From positions 38,750,001 to 38,814,000 of the forward strand of contig OX597815.1 of assembly GCA_951406725.2 (NCBI GenBank): a DNA stretch of 64,000 nucleotides, read 5' to 3'. A program made the position numbers and the translations under genes. This DNA comes from Octopus vulgaris. Taxonomy: Eukaryota. Under the pieces are notes generated by a model that ran no database searches, was not told the origin of the DNA, and worked only from the letters and a program-made list of their open reading frames with translations. Shown here in pieces: positions 40,301 through 54,597 of the stretch. Each line of letters begins with the position of its first letter. Within the stretch, counting starts at the first letter, position 1.

Positions 40301-41950
40301 TGTTTAGGTCTTTCCGTACTTCCTTTGCTTTTAGCATTTATGTTTTCATCATCCAGATAATTGAATGGTTTACCGATTTACTTATGTGCATGTATAAAAT
40401 TAATATAAGCAGCAGTTTGCAATGTTTCACCAAAAAGGATAATTACAATCGTTACTAAATGTGACCAGGGTATTAGGAAATATATATATTCATTTAATAA
40501 ATTCCTTAAGTGCTTGATGGCTGGTTCATTTTCCCACATGTATCTCAAGCAAAACCAAGCTATTGTACCATCTTGAGTTTTCAACTGAAAATTAATAGTT
40601 TTAGAAAAATGTACACAACTATTACTATTCGTCTCACCATCTCACTATGCGATAATAAGTTTCTGTTACATATGTGAATATCACTCAGTTTGCCTCTCTT
40701 TTCACTCCCTATGGATAACTTTTTAATGTTCTTAATCTCCTGTCTGTATTGTAAATCATTTCATTCCGAACAGTTTTCTAACCTTTTCGTTATCAGTTGT
40801 ATTTTCTTAATTTTGCTGTCTGGGCTGGTGTCATTTATTTATTCGTACAAAACGCATTGCCTAACTCATATATTCACTCGTACGGATAAAATGAGGACGA
40901 GTCTGTTATCCACTGAAATTCTAAATCTGACTGAAAAGATGCTGTATCAGAGATATAGTCAGGATTAATACAGTTTCCCACTAGAAATTAAACAAACTGG
41001 AAACAACATTACATACATTAAAAAAATCTCTTGAACTTGTGATAAGGATAACAAGCCTAGGCCGAATTATCGTTGAAGACAATAATTACAGAATACGGAT
41101 AATATCTTACAAGTAATCAAGCTGACACATCAGGATGTCAAAACTTCCATGGTTCGAAAAAAGAAACTGAAAAGCAGTGCATGATAAAAAAAAAAAATTC
41201 ATTGGAAACAATCATTATATAGACAGCTGAAACTTTTTTTAAAATGCAGTTCATATCAGATAAAGTGAGCAGCCAATCAGTAATTCTAACCGTAACTTTA
41301 ATTTCTAAAATTTTAGATGTCTCTTTGAATGCAGATAAAGTCGATTCTTATGCAAACTGAACTCCAATCTTGTCCAGCTCTCTAAACATTCTATTATTAA
41401 CGGCCTATAATGAAATTAGTAGTTATTTTAGATGAGACAAATTCTAATTCAAATTTTTATGGGAATATTCAGTGTATTCCATTATTTATTTACTTGTGAA
41501 AACCTGTCTATTGTAATGTATTAGATATGATACAACGTTTCTTTGAATCGGTAATCTAATCATTACAGACAAAAATACTTAAATATAACATCCAATCAAA
41601 TCGCATTCGTTTATCCTGTACTTCGTTAGAAAACAGTCTGAAAATTTTTATATTAAAATATAAACTTGTAAAAAAATTAGGATGTCTCATAAATTCTACA
41701 GAGAATTTAAGAAAATTAATATTTTAAACATTTATTCATTAGACAATTAATAATTTTTGAAAAGCTGGAAACTCTAATTAAACACGTAAACAAAAGAAAT
41801 TTTGCACATAAATAGAAAGAGTAATGTACATAATTAATTAGTTAAATTAAAATTTCTTTGGTTACTTGTCTATTTAATTGCAACAATTTTTTTTATTTCA
41901 GCCTCTCTGTAAATATGCCTGTTTTTGATATGTGTGTGTGTCTATACATA

Positions 41951-42021
<71 letters not shown>

Positions 42022-42399
42022 GTATGTATGTATGTATGTATGTATGTATGTATATATGTATATACCTATATACATGCATGCATACAGACATAGATAATAC
42101 AAGATGGCACCAACATATCAGATATTCAGGTGTAGAGGATTTTAAAAAATTGTTTTCAACGTTTTCTTGTACACTTATATACACTTGGACCCTAAATCAG
42201 TAACTGGCTTATTTCTCCCATTATAAGTAAAAGAAACAACTTTTACTCACCAACGTAGTATCATTCAGACCGGATTTTAAGAAATACATCTTATGCCACG
42301 TGGAATTTCGCTAACACGGTCATACACCAAATAAGGCCTAGCTGTGAAACGCTCAACATATAAAAAAAAAGACCAGGCATGGGTATGTTTCCCGAAAAC

Positions 42400-43190
42400 T
42401 TGTAGAAGACAGAAATATTGACTTGAAATGAAGTTTTCTTGGACACGTGGCCGCTACCTCACAGCACATTTCAAAGGCTATGCATTTGCAATCCAAGAAC
42501 AGGAGATTGCTACTAAATAGCTAATCAACAAAAGAGACAGTGAAACCCTTGGAGTTCCAAGATGCAATTGGAAATATATATTATGTCATATTTCGGTGGA
42601 AGACATCACACATGATTAGCAGCTGCCCAAAAATGTCATTAAGGTACTATCTCCCTATGCGACAGGACGTTGTCGCAAAGACAATATACAATGCCATCCA
42701 TAAAAAAGACTGTCCTGGAATATGTACACAAACATCAACACAAGGAATACTGGTAAAAAAATTCCCGTCCAAACACTTGTCAAGTGTAAACATAACAGGC
42801 CGGATATTGTTGTTTGGGACATGCATGGAAAAGTATGTACCATCATAGAGGTTTCTGTCCTGCTGATGTGAATACCTATCTCTTTGAAAATGAAAGAGAA
42901 AGAAGATAACTATAGTCAACCTTTGATGAGTTGTAGTGCACCCGAGCGCTATACAAAATAACTTCATTATTATCATAACTGCTTCGAAACCTCCAGCTTC
43001 TATACCCAAATTACAAATTTACATTTATGCCAATAATAATTGATGCGCCTGGTTTTGCGAGTGCCTGACTGCCAGTTTCGATAAGCTTGTATTTTTAGGA
43101 GAAGAAATCAACCAACTAGCTCGCACATTACAAATACAACCTGTAAGGTAAAACAGTAAAAATATGCAGGACTTTTCTCAAGTATAAAAT
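42400..43190 (+). mobile_element. decayed 3' part of an RLE non-LTR element
   Basis: AIQEQEI, HMISSCPKMS.RYYLPMR.D, HNRPDIVVWD..IIEVS motifs. Confidence 0.75.
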
Positions 43191-43237
43191 GTGACAATAT
43201 TTTCGTTATCTACCCTCCATCGAAGGAGCTTTGTATT

Positions 43238-43656
43238 TTTTATTTGTTTATTGCCCACAAGGGGCTAAACATAGAGGGAACAAACAGGGATAAACAAAGG
43301 GATTAAGTCGATTACATCGACCCCAGTGCATAACTGGTACTTAATTTATCGATCCTGAAAGGATGAAAGGCAAAGTCGACCTCGTCAGAATTTGAAATCA
43401 GAACGTAACGGCAGACGAAATACCTATTTCTTTACTACCCACAAGGGGCTAAACACAGAGGGAACAAACAAAGACAGACAAACGGATTAATTCGATTACA
43501 TCGACCCCACTGCGTAACTGGTACTTAATTTATCGACCCCGAAAGGATGAAAGGCAAAGTCGACCTCGGTGGAATTTAAACTCACAACGTAACGGCAGAC
43601 GAAATACGGCTACGCATTTCGCCCGGCGTGCTAACGTGTCTGCCAGCTCGCCGCCT
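43238..43656 (-). mobile_element. two tandem copies of the tRNA-derived SINE
   Basis: 43425-43656 full length, 43238-43424 lacks the head; match to 8729-8957. Confidence 0.9.
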
Positions 43657-43663
43657 TTTCTAT

Positions 43664-43727
<64 letters not shown>

Positions 43728-44959
43728 GTGTGTGTGTTGTTGTCGTTGTAGTGCGCAATGAAGAATAAAAATGTTAACCTGTTTTGATCTGATACACAGG
43801 GACAGTTTGAGAGAAATTGGCCTACCGTATCTTAGATAGAGTAATCAGAAGATGCCTCTTCGTTGCCTAATTCATTTTCAAATTTAGACTCTAACCCTGC
43901 TTTGTACAGACAAGTGCCAATTCGTACCTCAGTACAGAATTGTGACACGCATCAGAATCCAGCATAGGTTAAATCCAATTAATCTCTTCTCGGTGCCACC
44001 AATATTCATCGCCATTCCTCAATAATATCCTAACACCTCAGGCACATATATATTACACATCATATTTGCTTAATATCGATGTTATTGCTGTTTGTGCAGT
44101 ACAAAGTCAGCATTGATTAAGCAGTTCTACGGTCAAAGACATTCCAGTCAGAATCATCCCATCTCTTTGGCGATATCCTGAGCTACATTAATAAATAAGT
44201 CGTTTCCTTTTTGACGATGATGATGATGTCGCAGAGGAGAAGGAGGAGGATTCTTGAGGAATCTTAACTGAACCAATCTTATACGCTACAGTTCCTTTTA
44301 AGAGTGAGAATTACTTAGATTCCGTGCGTTGTAATGAATTCAGACGTTTGAAACTTTTCTCTCCAATCTCGTCACAAGATATTGATGATATAATCTCTAT
44401 GTAATTCATTACTACGGTGAAACAATATCTTCAGGTAGATGGATAATTATGAAAGAAATGTAAAAGAAAGACGCAGTCCTTAAGTAAATCCTTCATTATG
44501 CCTTTCGTACGTTTAACACTTGTAATATTCCATAATGGTTATGCTCTTTTGTTATCAGTCATCCAGTGAAGCAAGCAATGAGCCTATTAGTGAGACTGGC
44601 ACTTGTAATTCCTATTCGCAGCGTGATGCTTTAGCAAGTTATCTTATGGAACATTCGTCTCTTTTTCATTCATTCTGTGTTGCCTGAACAATATGATAAG
44701 ATATTAAACAATGACTTAGAGTGTGATTTAGGAAGGATCTACGTGATATTTTATGTACTGGATTAACTGGAGTTTGCAGAATCCCTTAACAATACATTTT
44801 AGTCAAGAGCGCAATAACGATTTCCATTGCTGTTGTTTTTATTGTTCATATCCATATTATTTAGCTCCAAGTTAGTCCTTGTAAAACAGTCCTATATTCA
44901 AACACAGTCTAATTATGACCAAATAGTCATTTAATGAATCATCTCTCATATAACATCCG

Positions 44960-45030
<71 letters not shown>

Positions 45031-45574
45031 TCTTCTAGGATCTCGAGCATCTTCCATCCGATTGAGCTCAAATTTGATATGTAAATACCGACGATATCAG
45101 GGCGTGTATAAGTCTTGGAAAAATAACAAAAATCGATTCCAGGTGAGAATGCGATCGATAAAGCCATTTTTGTCCTGCTTTTCTTCCGTCAACCTGTACA
45201 TAACTCCACCTTCCATTTTTTGTTGTTTTTGTACTACTTAAAGGCATGTTTCTTTCCTGCCAAGCTTATTATTTAAACCATGTTTGTTTTCTCCTAGTCA
45301 ACAGCCTTATCATTACTGGTACTTTAAATTCTTCGATTGCATATTTATGTGAATAAAATCGTTTTTCTTTGAAATAGAAAAAAGTCTATCTTTATTACTT
45401 CTTTTGCTGGAGTCTCAAATTTAGGTAAATCAGTGTTTCTCAAAGGGGAGGCCTATAGGACAGTCGGACAAGTCGTTTACAGAAAATTTGGTTTAAATGT
45501 TTGACAACTCAGCACTGTCCATTGGACGGGGGCGTTTTGCTCGTATTTTATATAGATCTAAATTGTCCAATCTA

Positions 45575-45960
45575 TTATTACCTCCGCTTTAGCGAAGGCG
45601 GAGGTATTTTTTTCAGTCGTGTTTGTTTGTTGGTTTGTTGGTTTGTCTGTGGACAACATATCTCAAGAACCACTGGATGAATTCGGATGAAACTTTCAGA
45701 GATGTTTGACTTTGTTACTGGCACGAACCGACCAGAGTTTGGGAGCAATCCGGTACAGGACAAGGATTCTGGATTATTTTTCCTGTTTTTCTTTTACTTT
45801 ATTTTTGAGAGCGGTCGGGTTCATTTTTAGTATTCTCGTTAATGAGAGTAGTCGAGTTTATTTCAGATATTTTCATTTTAAAACTCATTCCTGGCTAATC
45901 GTTGAGAGGACGTTGGTGTTGCCTTGGCGGAGATCTGCGCTCTCTGAATACACTTGTTTC
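45575..45960 (+). mobile_element. HINE/DINE-1-like non-autonomous Helentron derivative
   Basis: 5' ttattacctccgct..ggcggaggta hairpin, (gttt)n, 3' ggcggagatctgcgctctctga subterminal repeat; T-rich flanks. Confidence 0.65.
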
Positions 45961-46507
45961 TTTTTAAGACGATAGAGTATGATTAGAGCAAAATTCCGCT
46001 GTAATTTTTAACATGTCAAGTGACTACGTAAGGGATGTAGCTGATATGTTTATATTTCTAGTAGTAATTTAATTGACTTACTGATATGGAAGTTAACGAC
46101 TCCAATTATATTTCGAGTCATTTTCATTTCATTTTCAAGCAAGAATTAAAGTCTATAAAAAGGAACACTTCGCTGCAAGTTAAATTCTGCATTCCTAGCA
46201 CGACTCAGCACAATGTTTCTTACGTTGAAAAATAAAAGTAAGACCAAGTCTGTACATGAGAGTTTGTTTGTATTTAAATCAATGCATGGCATAAAACAGG
46301 CTGACTAATTAGACAAATAGATTCTTTTCGACCTTGTGCTTATTCCGGATGAAACTAATTCACGTTATTTAATTTTACGCCATCAAAATCTTTGGGAAGA
46401 GCGTGAAGTTCATACAATCTTAATTCATCCTTGCTTGTTTTCTATTTGAAAAAGAATGACTGTGTGTGTGTGCGTCTCTGTGTGTCTCTGTGTGTATGTC
46501 TGTGTGC

Positions 46508-46540
<33 letters not shown>

Positions 46541-46756
46541 GAGAAAGAGAGAGAGAGAGAGAGAGATCTGCGAGAGATGTCTGAACAAAATTGGTTCGAT
46601 GAAAAAAGATCATTTGGTATTTTGCAGTATTTATATCCTTTTCCTTCTCGATTGACCTTGTCCTTGTACCCTAAAAGGCATGACTGTTTTATTACATATA
46701 CAACCACAATATACATAGATTAGCAATGAACCTCTTCCACTGTGGGGACCCCGGAC

Positions 46757-47305
46757 GTGAAATTTTTGTTCTCACGAGAGTTCCGGATCCCAGTAATGAA
46801 CTCATTTGCATAGAGCCAATCAGAGCTTACCTTGATCTTGTTGTCAAGTTAACAAACACATCCTACAAAGTAAACTCAAGACGAAGAACGGTGTTGTAAG
46901 TCGACCGATCGCCAAGTTATGCCTGATTTTAGAAGGCGACAAGTAATTAAATAGATTTGCATCTACACCGATTATTGGATTTTGTTAGGGTTCCATGTGG
47001 TAAAGACGTGGATGGGAAAAAGTGGGTAAAGGTTGATGTGCTAGCAACTCTTTTCCCTCGCTGTTTTATAAAGTAAACAGCAGCACAAATAACTACGCAG
47101 GGGCCGCCATGATTGAAACAAAGACAAGAACAAGAAGCATTATTAAAAGAGAAAAGAAGCATGTTCATTCCTTACCCAAATGATCTTATCTTATCGCCCA
47201 TCACTTATGCGCTCACAAATTAGTTTAATAGTTGAACTCTGATTGGCTGTATGCAAATGAGTTCATAACTAGGGTATGGAACTCTCGCAGGAAAAAGATT
47301 TCCCA
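46757..47305. mobile_element. MITE-like element with ~70 bp diverged terminal inverted repeats
   Basis: gagagttcc..atgaactcatttgcatagagccaatcagag vs ctctgattggctgtatgcaaatgagttcat..ggaactctc. Confidence 0.7.
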
Positions 47306-49899
47306 CACACACACGTACACACACATACATAGTGTGCCCAGTGTGCCCATAGCTTAAGAGAGCACCGCTGTGATGCAAATAAAATAATCAACAGACAATT
47401 AGTGAGATAAATTTTATCGTACAAGAGATCCTTGAAAGCGACATATCTATATAACTGCGGTCTAATCCAATAACAGAAGCCAATAAACAAAATTAAGAAT
47501 ATATAGGCCGTGTAAGGAACGTTACCGAGATGTAATCTGATTTCATCTATCAATTGAAAAAATTTTACTTAAATAATATCTAAAAAGAGAAACCTGAACG
47601 TTGCAAATTCATAATTGCTTTCCGGTTAACCTCTGAAAGAGTGGCAGTCATCGATCAGCTATCTGCAGAAAGTAAGCCGTGAGACAGAAGTCGTAACTAC
47701 GCGCATCTACTTGACATAGCATTTTTGAAGAAGAGGAATTCACTTTTAAAATATTATTAATTCTTAAATTTTTAGCGACCGGGCAGCATTAATTAATGTA
47801 CTAAATGGTGAAGGGTGGTATTTTTATCTTTTATCTTTTACTTCTTTCCATCGTTGGACATGCTGGAGCACACCAGAATGGTTTGAGTCGAAAAAAATGA
47901 CCCAGCTACTAAAATTCTTTTCTTTTTAAGTGTGGTACTTATTCTTTCGATCTCTTTGGCCAAACTACTAAGATCTTAAGCTTACTCAAACGAATTATTT
48001 ATTGTTATTACCATTATGCTAAGAAAATATTCAGATTACAATAATCAAAGGACGTAAATCCAAAGCTTAGATAATGACAATACAACTGGATTTAGATGCA
48101 ACTGTCTCAGATTCGATCATGTCATGCATAAGTTAATATGCATATATCCAGAAGACAAAGTATGAGCAAAGGCAAGGAAGAAACTAAAACGAAATATAAA
48201 AACGACGAACAGCCCAAAGTCAGTATGTTACACTGTAAAGGAAAAGAAAAGGTATCGCGTTTCCGGGACACTGTGTTCTTTGAGAAGATAGAAGGAGAAA
48301 AGGCAGAATATAATTATAGATAAAGAAAAGAATAAGGTGTATGTGTTTATGGAAGATGCAGCTTGGGGGATAATCTCTATCGCTTGTGGCTCGCTTACTA
48401 AGTAACTTTTGTTCAAAACAAAATTTCTATGAAGTATAATGCGGTGAAACTGTATCATGCGTAGAGGGTAATTACATAAAAAAAATACAAACACTATTAG
48501 AACCTTCTTTTGTCCTGTTAATTGTTCTGGTATTCCATAATGGCTGTATCCTATCATTATTAGACGTCCAGTGAACCGGGCAATGAATCTCTAAGTGAGA
48601 TCGGTACTCCAATTTCCTATTCTCAATATGATGCCTTAATTTATCTAACGGAACATTCCTCTCTTTTCAATCATTTCCCATTGTCTGCACAATATGAGAT
48701 TATGTTAAATAACAACTTAGTATCACAGTTCGTGATCGAGGAATTGTTTATTTAATATTTTACGGGCTGTATTAATTTGTGTAATCAGAATCTGATGCCC
48801 ATAAATTTACTCTAGCAATAATGACCATCTACATTTCCGATTTTGTTATTACAAGCCATTTAATGTTTTATTAATACATTTGCGTGTATATGTTTGTGTG
48901 AATGTGAGAATGTGTGTGTGTGTATGTGTGTGTGTGGGGGGGGGTGAATAGAACACGGCTGTTTTATTTTTCATAGTGGATATTCTAATAATATGTTGTC
49001 TTAACAGCAGTGTCATTTTTAATAACCTGTTTAACTAAAATCATATTCAATTCCTCATAAACTATTGCAATATTTTTTTAGTTTTTGAAGTTTTGAATGC
49101 CATTAATTTTACTTAAGAACTGAAATTATGAATGACGTTCACTTTTTTTCTTTAGCTTTCCAAATATCTCTATTTTCTCCAGTTAATTTCATTATAGCGA
49201 ATATAAAGTGAACGCGATATCAACTTAATTCGAAGATGCATTTCAGTTTTTCGCTTCTGTTAGTTCAAAATGTTTGTCACATAATGTATGAAAGAATTAT
49301 GTTTGTGTGGTTCTGTTTTATTTTTGTATGAATAATGTGTGTGTGTGTCTGTGTGTTCGTAAATAGACGTGTCAAAACTAGACATTATATTGAGCAACAG
49401 ATAGTCCTCATACTGGTTCATACTCCAGAGATCAGCAGAAATACCGTCAAGAAGTATCGTATTTTCTTTAATCCATTTACTCTTGTTCATTTTATCTGTG
49501 ACAATGAAAAACGTCCATTAAGGGAATGTCCTTTCTTAGCAGACATACTTATTCTGAAATAAAGAAACAACGTCTCTAATTCTGGCAGTACGACAAAACA
49601 CAGTCCAGCTAGGGACAAAAGCTTAAACGCCAACCTGATGAGTGTCATTCTCTCGCTGTTGAGCAACTGTAGTTGAGTTGACTCTATTACAAATGTCTGG
49701 GTAAAGCTGCCAATTTAAGGATAATACATTTCCCAACATGATACTTCCACCTATACATTCCTTTGCATTTCGCGCTGAGTTTTGCAGCGTTTCGACGGAA
49801 ATGGATTCATCGGGAAGAGCAATAACCGGAATTTGAGATGATCTAAACTGAAAGTTGTGCTCCGATTACAGCTTTCTTAAGTGCTACATAATTGTATAT

Positions 49900-51750
49900 C
49901 CTCTTTTACCTCTGTTATTTTCACCAAATAACATTTCCGGAGTCTCTCTGAGGACCCTAACTTATACTAACGCCGTAACGATCAACGTTAGCTTTAAAAC
50001 AAGAATGATCCTTTACTTTTACACTTTCACCAAATATTCATATTTTTCACAAAGCTATTTCAAACGAATATTGAGACTAAAACCACCTCGCAATTCTGTC
50101 TCATTTTCTACCAATATCTATAGACGTTGGTACAACTCTTATACCATTTCTAACTAAGCACATCACACCCACACACACACACACACACCATATCTTCTTT
50201 TTTGTGCGCCATATTTCTGTTATCCTCTATCTCCAATACATTCTACTTTTTCCAAACAGAAACTCAATATTCTAGTTTATGAAATATGGGAGCTGACTTT
50301 ATCTGGTAACCACTTATCTTATCATCCATCTCTCTTATGTAATCAACAATTGATATTTTTCAGTTACTCGAATAGTGTCTTTTGCTCATCCACCCAAGCA
50401 CATTTTCTCCAAAACTTTCAGCTGGGTGCAGTTATTTGACTACATTTGGGGCTGTACTGATGACATCTCTTTTTAACTAAGATCTTTGGATGTACACAAA
50501 TGGTTTTGTTATCACATTCTTCCCTCACCACTTGCGAGTCTTGAAGTTAAATTGCTTGTCATCTTGAACTCGCTCCTGCCTTCCTCAGTATCCCGTTCAA
50601 ATAGTCTTTAAAGTATTTGTTAGTCCGAAAACTAGACTTATTGAGTCATCATCGTCGTTGCTCATATTAGGAATGAGAATGACTGAGTTTATTCAACATC
50701 AGTCTCTTTCTAGGTTCTAGTAGAACCTAGAAAGATCATGATGTTACTTCCTTCTCTTTCACTAAATAATGATTTTAAAGACTTAACTTTATCCAGAACA
50801 TCGGTGAGGTATTAGTAACAATAAGTGAATCGAATGTCTAGTTGAATAATTTTGTCGGTAAACGATTTTCACGAAGTAAATGTATAAAAGAAAAATCAAT
50901 AGGGTAATTTTAGAAAGTAAATTCAGGTTTGCATATGTGATGAGTGAAAATCCCAAGAGTGGAATTTGGTCTGTTGGCTTCATTGTATCCTGAGGTCAAA
51001 TGTAAACCAAGGGTTACGATCGGCATTTCGAATGGTCGGCAAGAAATCCATGATTAGTTTTTGTTGACAGTTATTGGAAAAGATGAATTATTGTGGTTGA
51101 TATCTGGTTCTATACAAAAAGGAGCTGAGATATCAATATTTCGATGAATGTCTTTCAATACCGGCATATCTATAAAATTTAGTGGCATCTTTGCCCTTGA
51201 AGAAGCTATAAATAAATTCTAGTTTTCTGAAATAGCAAGCAATAAAATATGAAAATACAGTTAATTTTCAGTTTTTATAGAGTTCAGAAAACCATCATTC
51301 CGATCCATGTATAGAACTTTCAGTCTCTCTTTTTGATCAAGTTCTTTTCAGTTGTCTTTAAAACCTCTTATTACACAGTATGAATTTGTAGATTCTAAGC
51401 TTATATTCTATTTTCTATGTTTGGTATTTTCAGATAAGCTCACTTTTGGATATAGGAACTTTATTCCTGTTTGGACCGTTAGTTGCATCTCACGCGAATG
51501 TTGCGACCTACTAATTATCCAATGTAATAAAATTATCACCTTCGATATTTTCAAAGAAGCTGTTAATTCTAACAATTATCTTGAAAGAGTTTTTATGATT
51601 GTGTTTGTGACAAAATCAATTTTTCCTTTGCTCTTTCTGATTTTATTTAATGATAACCTGTTCAATGTCTCTTTTATTTCACTGGCTGAAAACATTGTTT
51701 TTAATCCATAGGAGGTTTTGTTTGATTTGAAGATTTTATTCAATTTTTTC
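49900..51750 (-). mobile_element. highly decayed Penelope-like RT region
   Basis: Scattered frameshifted similarity to PLE RT motifs; no continuous ORF. Confidence 0.35.
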
Positions 51751-53264
51751 TATTCATTTTCTTTTTCTTTTTTTTTTTTCTGTTTTTGTAATGAGTCTCG
51801 CTGATTTTAAATTGTCATTCTCAACATATATTTCAGGTTATCTATGATAATGTTTCAAGGAGATTGTTATTTTTACTGGCTTAGTCAAAATACTAGAAAG
51901 TCAGTTCAACGCCAGACGTATTCACTTTCCTCCTGTATTCAAAGCAGTAAAAAATAAGAGTTGCATTCCACTTCATATGATGACCGTTGTTCAAGGACTA
52001 TGAGTGCATGTGCCCTCTGCCACCATAGATACTAAAACAGGGTGTTATTTTCCTACAATAAGTCATGTAACACTTATAACGCTTTTTTAAGATCCTATCA
52101 AAGATACTGTGTATGTAAGTGGGTGTGCGCACGCACGGCGTGTGTAATTTATAGACAATGATCTAAAGTAGGAAGAATGTTTCTCTTATCGCGGTTATTC
52201 TTATTTGTTATGTAATGTATTCGTTCCAGATCACTTTTTCTTACAGGCTACATTATCAGTAGAACCATCTTTTTAAAAGATATAGGAAATTTGGTTGCCA
52301 TTTCTGACAAGTAACTGACTTCCGTACTGCATGGTTTTTTTTCATTGGTACTGTTCAATATTTTTTAATCTTTTATTAGGACTGCTTTCAATTGTCCCAC
52401 GGTTGATGCTTATATGTATCTATCGATACGCTGCTCTGAACGGTACACATACATACACACACACACACATGCACACACATACATACATACAACATACATA
52501 CATACATACATACATACATACAAACATGCATGCATACATACATACATACATACATACATGCATGCATGCATACATACATACATACATACATACATGCATG
52601 CATACATACAGACATACATACAGACATACATACATACATACATACATACATACATACATACATACATACATACATACATACATACATACATACATACGCA
52701 AAACGCATTTACTATTCCGTGGTTTACTTGTCCAAGATGCCGCGCAGCAGATTTGAAGCCGAAATCATGTGGATTGCATAACCACACATGTCTTGTATCA
52801 ATATTTGCATGTGCGTCTTTCTTGCTAAATGGCATATTTCCTTTGTTTAGTCTTAAAGCCGCTGGGCTCTGACATATACCAAACTTTGTTAGACGTTTAA
52901 ATCTTAGAAATGACTTGCATTTAATATTTTAAGACATTCTACATCCGATAACCACCTTTTAAAGATATGTGTTCTCTTGTCTTTATGTATATTTCAAATA
53001 TATGCTTTCGTTTATGTGTAAAGACAGTGTTTCTTCTCTCTATGCGAACTTTCCGGAATTTTATTGCAATATTGTATACTTACATGTAAAAATAATAGCA
53101 TATGTGGAGTGTGTTTTGGAATTGACAGCAGCCTGAAGCGCATACACAAATACACGCACGCACACACGCTCATACACACACACACACAGATGCACACATA
53201 CACTTTCACACACACACACATACACACAAACACAGATGCACACATACACTATCACACACACATG

Positions 53265-53298
<34 letters not shown>

Positions 53299-53499
53299 AA
53301 CACACGTATATGCATATTAATCTCTATATGTTTATCTATCTTTCTATCTTCTCTTTTTTCTGTCTCCCACTATATACGCGTGTGTATGTGTGCGTGTATA
53401 CACAGACACAATTATACGCACGCGCACATAGACTTACCCTTGACTTATACGGTAGATTGCTTCATCGGGCTATCTTGTAAGTCGAAATCATGTATATCG

Positions 53500-54125
53500 A
53501 GACAGTTATTTTAATGTTATTGTGTTGAATCAAAAGTTTTGCAATATTTTGTTAACTTTGCTAACTTATTTGCTTTATTCGTCAACTTACAACAAAAGCA
53601 ATCCAGCATTCAATGTAGGGGGCCATCGTGTCGCCTCGTCTGAAGTCCTGGCAGGTCTTTGATCCGACGCTAATGCTACTTCTTGTTCTTTGAAGTGAAG
53701 AAATCCTTCAGTGAAGTTTCCATATCTTCTTGGTTGATGAAGCTTGATTCACGAGTGCAGGAAGTGAACCATGGATCTGAACAAGCTATAATCCGAGGGA
53801 GCTAGGTTTAGACTATATGCTAGGTGTGGCATCACTTCGATTTATTTCGAGTTGTTCGAGCAGTATTAGGATGTACGTGGTTTCCTACAGAAGATCTTGC
53901 TTTCTGTTAACCAATCACGGGCATTTTTGCTGCACAACGGCATACATCGACTTCAGTTACACGTTTGCATCGATGGTTCCACCACCCAGAATGAACTGGT
54001 AGTTAATCATCCCCTCCATAATTCTCCCAGACACAGAGCATCACCCTGTATTCGAAACGCCAATGTTTGGAGACAAGTTCCGAAAAGTGACTCTTGCTTA
54101 ACCACTGTTTATGCACGTTAGGATT
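53500..54125 (-). mobile_element. decayed mariner transposase 3' fragment
   Basis: RVMLCVW, VMPHLAYSLNLAPSDYSLFRSM on minus strand. Confidence 0.75.
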
Positions 54126-54384
54126 GCAAAAGTATATTTGTGTTTCTACTGGAAATAAGACCCGTTGTTGTTTATATTGTATTACTGTGTCCTGTAAACT
54201 GACGGTTTGACAAATAGAGACGATAAAATAGATTCCGGATTGAAGTAAATTCTGAAACCAATGTCATTGACAAAAACCCACAAAGGTGGTAACCTGGCAT
54301 GACCGTAGTCTCTTAGTGAAACCACAAAATGAGTAACATGTGGCAATTTTATAAATGTAGTTTGTTTGCAATGTTTATCGTACT

Positions 54385-54597
54385 GATTTCAAGTGTTGGC
54401 AGAGGGCCAGCAGTTCCGGCGGAGGGGTAAGTCGATTATATCGATCTCAGTGCTGAACTTGTACTTAGTTTATCGACCCCAAAAGTATGAAGGCAAAATC
54501 GACCTCGGTGTAATTGGAAATCAGAAAGTAAAGACGGGCGGAATACCGCTATGCATTTCACCCGGCGTACTAACGATAATGCCAGCTCACCGCCTTA
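54385..54597 (-). mobile_element. diverged tRNA-derived SINE
   Basis: tttatcgacccc..atgaaggcaaaatcgacctcgg..gccagctcaccgcctt. Confidence 0.75.
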
